Source of the DNA: Eledone cirrhosa
Lineage: Eukaryota
NCBI GenBank assembly: GCA_964016885.1
Contig: OZ024741.1
Coordinates: forward strand, 1,054,001 to 1,118,000
Reading direction: 5' to 3'
Length of the DNA stretch: 64,000 nt
Position 1 is the first letter of the stretch. Every line of letters starts with the position of its first letter. The notes under the pieces are model-generated. The model was not told the origin of the DNA. It made no database searches and saw only the letters and a list, made by a program, of their open reading frames with translations. The translations under genes were made by a program, and so were the position numbers. This document shows, piece after piece, positions 56,110 to 64,000 of this stretch.

Positions 56110-58791
56110 TGCCCGTGGTGGAAGTCTTCGTGAGGGGGAAGCCACAGCGAGCCCTCGTGGATACGGGCTGTACGACGACACTGGTGACCGCGGGGGTGGC
56201 GCAGAGGTGGGGAGGGAAGAGCAGCGTAAGGGCAGTCGACGGCAGGAAAATTGAATGCCGAGGTCGCAGCGAGATGGAATTAGCGGTACGGGGAAGGACG
56301 ATAAGGCTTTCCGCCATCGTGGTAGACAGTGTGGTGGATGGGATCGGCGTGGTTATGGGCATGGACGCGATTGGCCGTCTAGGGGGCGTCACGGTGAACA
56401 ATGTCGGTGTGTCGTTTGGCGCCGCTGCATCGGTATGCGCTGTGAGTGCACGTCATGAGAACCAGAAGGCCCACGAGGAGCAATACCCCGCTTACACTGT
56501 ACAGGACAAGGACTTCAAGGCCGTGTTTGATGGGCAGCGATGGGTTGTTGAGTGGTACTGGAAGGGAGAACCACCAACACTGAAGACCAAAGTGGGCTGC
56601 TATCAACACACATTGAAGGGAAACGCTAGGGGCGAGTTCGAGCGAGAAGTAGAGAGATGGATCGAAGAGGGCATACTGCTTCCCTGGAAAGAGGAGGTGA
56701 AGTGCGGAGTATTGCCGTTGATGGCGGTGGTGCAACCGACGAAGAGCAAGGTGAGGCCGGTGCTGGACTATCGAGAGCTGAACGAGCACGTGTCATGCCA
56801 CACGGGTGGCGAGGTCACGGATGTCTGTGGGGAAACCCTGCGTGAGTGGAGACGCATGACGGGGGGTTCAGCGATCGTGGATCTAAAGTCGGCTTACTTG
56901 CAGTTGCATATAGATGAGAAGCTCTGGCGGTATCAGCTGGTCAGGTATAAGGGCCGGACATATTGCCTGACGAGGCTCGGTTTCGGGCTGAGCTCCGCAC
57001 CGAAGATCATGGCGGCGGTCCTCAAGACCGCTCTGGGGAGGGCCGACAAGATAAAGAGGGCTACTAACTCCTACATTGACGACATCCTAGTGGACGAGTC
57101 GGTGGTGTCGACGGCGGAGGTCACGAGCCATTTGCGGAGGTATGGACTGACTGCGAAGCCATCAGAAGCATTGGAGGGAGGAGCCGCGCTGGGACTTAGG
57201 CTACGGCGAGATAAGACGGGCGTTTTGGTGTTCCAGAAGGGAAACGAAGTTCCGGAACTGGGCCCAAGTATGAATAGGCGGGAGCTTTTCTCGGTGTGTG
57301 GAAAGCTGGTGGGTCACTACCCGATCGCTGGGTGGCTCCGGACGGCATGCAGCTATGTCAAGAGACGAGCGGGAGGGGTGACTTGGAGTGACAGAGTGGG
57401 AGAGAGAACGGTGGCCATGATGCAGGAGATCGTGGGGAGGGTGAAGGCCGACGACCCAGTGCGGGGACGCTGGTACGTTCCCAAATCACGGAGCGGGACC
57501 GTATGGTGCGATGCCAGCAGCATAGCGCTGGGTGTCACGTTGGAGATAGGAGGTGTTGAGGTCGAGGATGCAGAGAAAGAAGGACGACTGCAGCCACATC
57601 AATGTGGCCGAGCTGGACGCGGTGTTGAGAGGGGTGAACCTCGCCCTGCGGTGGGGGCTGCGCACCATCGAGATACGCACCGACTCGGCTATCGTACTCG
57701 GATGGGTAAGATCAGTGCTCACCAGTGAGAAGAGAGTGCGAACGAGAGGCGCGGCGGAGATGCTGATAAAGCGCCGCCTGGGAACGTTAGGAGAGCTGGC
57801 CACCGAGTTCGACCTGAAGCTGAGCGTAGTGTTCGTGCCCTCAGAAAAAAATAGGGCGGACATCTTGACTAGAGTGAAGAAATCCTGGATGGAAGCGCCG
57901 GAGGAGGTAGAGGATGAGATAGCTGCCGTGTGTCGGCTGACCGAGTTAGACCTGAAGGGGTTGCATGACATGCACCACATGGGGGTGGATAGGAGCCTGT
58001 TCCTAGCCAGGAGAATCGACTCGGACGTTAGCAGACACAGTGTTCGGGGGGGTGGGGGGGTGGTTAGAGGCTGCGTCCGATGTCAGTCCATTGATCCCGC
58101 CCCGGGTGTACACGAAACGGGAAGCCTCCCGGTGGATCGCGACTGGAAGCGATTAGCGGTGGATATGACGCACTACCGGCAGGGAACGTACTTCTCGATG
58201 GTCTACTGTGGACCAGGTCGAATGGCGATATGGAGGGAGATGAAGACTGGAACGGCCGAGGAAATCGTGCGGACGTTGAGAGAGGTGTTCTTGGAGCGGG
58301 GCCCTGTGGATGAACTGCTGATGGACAACAGCGCAGCGTTCCGCTCGGAGGCACTGAGGGAGATGCTCGATGGATGGAAGGTGGACCGTTTCTTCAGGGC
58401 GGCGCACAGGCCGAGCGGGAATGGAATCGTGGAGCGACACCACCGGACGATCAAGGCAATGGCGGAGCGGGGCCATATCTCACCAATGGAGGCAGTGTTC
58501 TGGTACAATATGTCCCCTCGGGTTGAACAGGTCGAGGAATCGGTGCCACACAGGGCAGTATTCAAATACGAGTGGCGGCACCCGTGCACGCCACCACAAC
58601 GGCCAGTGGGGAGAGAGAGTGCATTCGTGCAGGTGGGCGAAGAAGTCTGGGTTAAGCCCCCAGATGAACGGTGCACATCTCAATGGGGAAGGGGAACGGT
58701 GACGGCCGTAAATTCAAAGAACAATGTGTCCGTGGACGGGGTACCACGTCATGTCCTGGATGTAAGAAGAATCACTGTGTCGACGGACTGA
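56052..58791 (+). CDS. pol: Pol (protease, RT, RNase H, integrase), with a frame break at ~57570
   Basis: LVDTGC, VLDYR, DLKSAYLQ, YIDD, WCDAS, HINVAEL, TDS, H..H..CVRC, AVD..MDN..GIVER (ORFs 56115-57728 and 57553-58791). Confidence 0.93.
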
Positions 58792-61700
58792 CTCCGAGGA
58801 AGAGGAAACCCAAGATGAGGTGGAAACCCAGAGCCCTGCCCCAATACTACGAAGATCGCAACGAAGTCGTAGACCACCGACCTAGACGGCAGACTTTCAT
58901 ATGCAGAGGGACGAGGGGGAAATTGATCCTTGAGATCAGGAGGGCGTTTGGGTATGGTGTGGCGTGCGGTGGCCGGGGGCGGGGGGGGGTGAGTACTCGA
59001 CCGGAAGGGGTTTTTGAGTGCTCGACCGGAAGGGGCCTTTGACCGGAAGGATGCTCGACCGGAAGGGCCAGGAGAGGGCCTCTCTCTAGTGGTGAACAGC
59101 ATACGGTGAGGACGCGTTTTGGGATGCTCCTTGTGTTAAGCAGTCGGACGCACGTGGAAGAGGAGTACCTGTAGCGGAATTTAGCGGCGCCTGTGAAAAG
59201 CGGTAAGTGAGATAGCTTTTTCTAACCACAGTTCTAACAGGGAGTTATAAAGGTTCCAACAGGGGAGTTATAGAGGTTCTAATGGGAGTTATAGAGATTC
59301 TAAGAGGGAAGTTATAGACGTTCTAACAAGGAGTTTTAGAGGTTCTAACAGGGAGTTATCGAGGTTCTAATGGGACTTATAGAGGTTCTAAGAAGGAAGT
59401 TATAGACGTTCTAACAAGGAGTTTTAGAGGTTCGAACAGGGAGTTATAGAGGTTCTAACAGGGGAGTTATTGAGTTTCTAACAAGTTGACGGAGTCATAG
59501 AGGTTCTGACATGGAGTTATAGATGTTCTCACAGGGAGTTATAGATGTTGTAACAGGGTGTTATAGAGCTTCTAACAGGTTAAGTGAGTTATAGAGGTTC
59601 TAAGAAGGAGTTATAGAGGTTCTAACAGGGAGTTATAGAGGTTCTAACAGGGAGTTATAGAGGTTCTAACAGGGGAGTTATAGAAGTTCTAACAGGTTAA
59701 GGGAGTTATAGAGGTTCTAACAGGGGAGTTATAGAGGTTCTAATGGGAGTTATAGAGGTTCTAACAAGGAGTTTTAGATGATCTCACAGGGAGTTATAGC
59801 GGTTGTAACAGGGGAGTTATAGAGATTCTAACAGGTTAAGGGAGTTATAGAGGTTCTAATGGGAGTTATAGAGGTTCTAACAGGGGAGTTATAGTGTTTC
59901 AAACTGGGAGTTATAGAGGTTCCAACAGGGGACTTATAGGGCTTCTAATAAGGAGTTTTAGAGGTTCTAACAGGGAGTTATAGAGGTTTTAACAGGGGAG
60001 TTATAGAGGTTCTAACAAGTTAACGGAGTCATACAGGTTCTCACAGGGAGTTATAGAATGTCCTAACAGGGGAGTTATAGAGGTCCCAACAGGGAGTTAT
60101 AGAGGTTCTAAAATGGAGTTATAGAGGTTCTAACAGGGAGTTATAGATGTTCTAACAGGGAGTTATAGAGGTTCTAACAGGTTAGGGAATTATAGAGGGT
60201 TTAACGGGGAGTTATAGAGGTTCTAACAGGGGACTTATAGGGCTTCTAACAGGGAGTTATAGAGGTTCTAACAGGGGCGTTATAGATGTTCTAATAGGGA
60301 GTTATAGAGGGTTTAACAGGGAATTATAGAGGTTCTAACAGGGTGTTATAGAGGTTCTAAGAGGGGAGAAATAGAGGTTCTAACAGGGAGTTATAGAGGT
60401 TCTAATGGGGTGTTATAGAGGTTCTAACGAGGGAGTTAGCGACGTTCTAACAGATTAAGGGAGTTATAGAGGTTCTAACAGGTTAAGAGAGTTATAGAGG
60501 TTCTAACATGGGAAGTTATATAGGTTCTAACATGTTAAGTGAATTATAGAGGTTCTAACAGGGAAGATATAGAGGTACTAACAGGGAGTTATAGAGTTTC
60601 TAAGAAGGAGTTATAGAGGTCCTATCAGGTTAAGGAAGTCATAGAGGTTCTAACAGGTTAAGGGAGTTATAGAGGTTCTAACAGGCTAAGAGAGTTATAG
60701 AGGTTCTAACGGGGAGTTATAGAGGTTCTAACGAAGGAGTTAGCAACGTTCTAACAGTTTAAGGGAGTCTTAGATGTTCTAACAGGTTAAGGGAGTTATA
60801 GAGGTCCCAACAGGAAGTTATAGAGGTTCTAACATGGAGTTATAGAGGTTCTAATAGGTGAGGGAATTATAGAGGTTCTAACAAGGGAGTTATAGAGGTT
60901 CTAACAGGTTAAGGGATCTATAGATGTTCTAAGAGGGAAGTTATAGAGGTTCTAACAGGGGAGTTATCAAGGCTCTAACAGGGAGTTATAGAGGTTCTAA
61001 CAGGTAAAGGGAGTTATAGAAGTTCTAGCAGGGAGTTATAGAGGTTCCAACAGGGGACTTATAGGGCTTCTAACAGGGAGTTATAGAGGTACTAACAGGG
61101 AGTTATAGAGGTTCTAACAGAAGCGTTATAGAGCTTCTAACAGGTTAAGGGTGTTATAGAGGGTTTAACATGGAGTTATAGAGGTTGTAACAGGGAACTT
61201 ATAGAGGTTCTAACAGGGGAGTTATAGAGATTCTAACAAGGAAGTTATAGAGGTTTTCATGGGAGCTATAGAGGTTCTAACAGGGAACTTATAGAGGTTC
61301 TAACAAGGAGTTATAGAGGTTCTAACAGGGAGTTATAAAGGTTCTAACAGGGGCGTTATAGAGCTTCTAACAGGTTAAGGGTGTTATAGAGGTTGTTATA
61401 GGTTGTTAGAGGTTGTTATAGAGAGGTTCTAACAGGAGAGTGATAGAGGTTCTAATGGGAGTTATAGAGAATCTAACAGGGGAGTTCTAGATGTACTAAC
61501 AAGGAGTTTTAGAGGTTCTAACAGGGAGTTATAGAGGTTTTAACAGGGGAGTTATAGAGGCTCTAACAAGTTAACGGAGTCATACAGGTTCTCACAGGGA
61601 GTTATAGAATGTCCTAACAGGGGAGTTATAGAGGTCCCAACAGGGAGTTATAGAGGTTCTAACATGGAGTTATAGAGGTTCTAATAGGGAGTTATAGATG

Positions 61701-64000
61701 TTCTAAGAGGGAGTTATAGAGGTTCTAACAGGTTAGGGAATTATAGAGGGTTTAACGGGGAGTTATAGAGGTTCTAACAGGGAGTTATAGAGGTTCTAAC
61801 AGGTAAAGGGAGTTATAGAGGTTCTAGCAGGGAGTTATAGAGGTTCTAACAGGGGACTTATAGGGCTTCTAACAGGGAGTTATAGAGGTTCTAACAGGGG
61901 CGTTATAGATGTTCTAATAGGGAGTTATAGAGGGTTTAACAGGGAATTATAGAGGTTCTAACAGGGTGTTATAGAGGTTCCAACAGGGGACTTATAGGGC
62001 TTCTAATAAGGAGTTTTAGAGGTTCTAACAGGGAGTTATAGAGGTTTTAACAGGGGAGTTATAGAGGTTCTAACAAGTTAACGGAGTCATACAGGTTCTC
62101 ACAGGGAGTTATAGAATGTCCTAACAGGGGAGTTATAGAGGTCCCAACAGGGAGTTATAGAGGTTCTAAAATGGAGTTATAGAGGTTCTAACAGGGAGTT
62201 ATAGAGGTTCTAACAGGTTAGGGAATTATAGAGGGTTTAACGGGGAGTTATAGAGGTTCTAACAGGGGACTTATAGGGCTTCTAACAGGGAGTTATAGAG
62301 GTTCTAACAGGGGCGTTATAGATGTTCTAATAGGGAGTTATAGAGGGTTTAACAGGGAATTATAGAGGTTCTAACAGGGTGTTATAGAGGTTCTAAGAGG
62401 GGAGAAATAGAGGTTCTAACAGGGAGTTATAGAGGTTCTAATGGGGTGTTATAGAGGTTCTAACGAGGGAGTTAGCGACGTTCTAACAGATTAAGGGAGT
62501 TATAGAGGTTCTAACAGGTTAAGAGAGTTATAGAGGTTCTAACATGGGAAGTTATATAGGTTCTAACATGTTAAGTGAATTATAGAGGTTCTAACAGGGA
62601 AGATATAGAGGTACTAACAGGGAGTTATAGAGTTTCTAAGAAGGAGTTATAGAGGTCCTATCAGGTTAAGGAAGTCATAGAGGTTCTAACAGGTTAAGGG
62701 ACTTATAGAGGTTCTAACAGGCTAAGAGAGTTATAGAGGTTCTAACGGGGAGTTATAGAGGTTCTAACGAAGGAGTTAGCAACGTTCTAACAGTTTAAGG
62801 GAGTCTTAGATGTTCTAACAGGTTAAGGGAGTTATAGAGGTCCCAACAGGAAGTTATAGAGGTTCTAACAGGTGAGGGAATTATAGAGGTTCTAACAAGG
62901 GAGTTATAGAGGTTCTAACAGGTTAAGGGATCTATAGATGTTCTAAGAGGGAAGTTATAGAGGTTCTAACAGGGGAGTTATCAAGGCTCTAACAGGGAGT
63001 TATAGAGGTTCTAACAGGTAAAGAGAGTTATAGAAGTTCTAGCAGGGAGTTATAGAGGTTCCAACAGGGGACTTATAGGGCTTCTAACAGGGAGTTATAG
63101 AGGTACTAACAGGGAGTTATAGAGGTTCTAACAGAGGCGTTATAGAGCTTCTAACAGGTTAAGGGTGTTATAGAGGGTTTAACATGGAGTTATAGAGGTT
63201 GTAACAGGGAACTTATAGAGGTTCTAACAGGGGAGTTATAGAGATTCTAACAAGGAAGTTATAGAGGTTTTCATGGGAGCTATAGAGGTTCTAACAGGGA
63301 ACTTATAGAGGTTCTAACAAGGAGTTATAGAGGTTCTAACAGGGAGTTATAAAGGTTCTAACAGGGGCGTTATAGAGCTTCTAACAGGTTAAGGGTGTTA
63401 TAGAGGTTGTTATAGGTTGTTAGAGGTTGTTATAGAGAGGTTCTAACAGGAGAGTGATAGAGGTTCTAATGGGAGTTATAGAGAATCTAACAGGGGAGTT
63501 CTAGATGTACTAACAAGGAGTTTTAGAGGTTCTAACAGGGAGTTATAGAGGTTTTAACAGGGGAGTTATAGAGGCTCTAACAAGTTAACGGAGTCATACA
63601 GGTTCTCACAGGGAGTTATAGAATGTCCTAACAGGGGAGTTATAGAGGTCCCAACAGGGAGTTATAGAGGTTCTAACATGGAGTTATAGAGGTTCTAATA
63701 GGGAGTTATAGATGTTCTAACAGGGAGTTATAGAGGTTCTAACAGGTTAGGGAATTATAGAGGGTTTAACGGGGAGTTATAGAGGTTCTAACAGGGAGTT
63801 ATAGAGGTTCTAACAGGTAAAGGGAGTTATAGAGGTTCTAGCAGGGAGTTATAGAGGTTCTAACAGGGGACTTATAGGGCTTCTAACAGGGAGTTATAGA
63901 GGTTCTAACAGGGGCGTTATAGATGTTCTAATAGGGAGTTATAGAGGGTTTAACAGGGAATTATAGAGGTTCTAACAGGGTGTTATAGAGGTTCTAAGAG

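Larger units (their letters stand above)
55003..59230 (+). mobile_element. Full-length Ty3/Gypsy LTR retrotransposon (LTRs 55003-55271 and 58947-59230)
   Basis: TG..CA 5' LTR, 5-bp TSD GTTCT on both sides, PPT AGGAGGGCG, order gag-PR-RT-RH-IN. Confidence 0.96.
44828..64000. repeat. Satellite array, ~22-bp unit GGGAGTTATAGAGGTTCTAACA with 21-, 23- and 28-bp (GGTTAA insertion) variants; runs off the window
   Basis: Hundreds of tandem units, interrupted at 47441-48165, 52279-54815 and 55003-59230. Confidence 0.98.

Noticed and set aside
44828-64000. CRISPR array or true telomere
   Set aside because: No spacers; TTAGGG is only sporadic, not tandem

Overview
Repeat-dominated eukaryotic (animal) DNA with no confidently identifiable host gene. 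The SINE types and microsatellite load suggest an Octopus-like cephalopod (inference). Three zones: (1) 1-11.4 kb, a head-to-tail stack of four Tx1/L1-clade LINEs, each ending at a (TATC)n tract; (2) ~12-44 kb, (TA)n tracts filled with Penelope-like elements (PLEs; Neptune-like and Nematis-like) with inverted or fold-back pseudo-LTRs, carrying about 20 minimal hammerhead ribozyme (HHR) motifs, many with U3-A8 or GCAA core variants and palindromic stem III; (3) 44.8-64 kb, a G-rich ~22-bp satellite with higher-order duplications, interrupted by a CR1 fragment, a non-autonomous tRNA-Trp-primed LTR element and a full-length Gypsy element whose gag-pol junction has a G-GGA-AAC slippery site and H-type pseudoknot. 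All calls were made by eye; no searches were run and boundaries are approximate.
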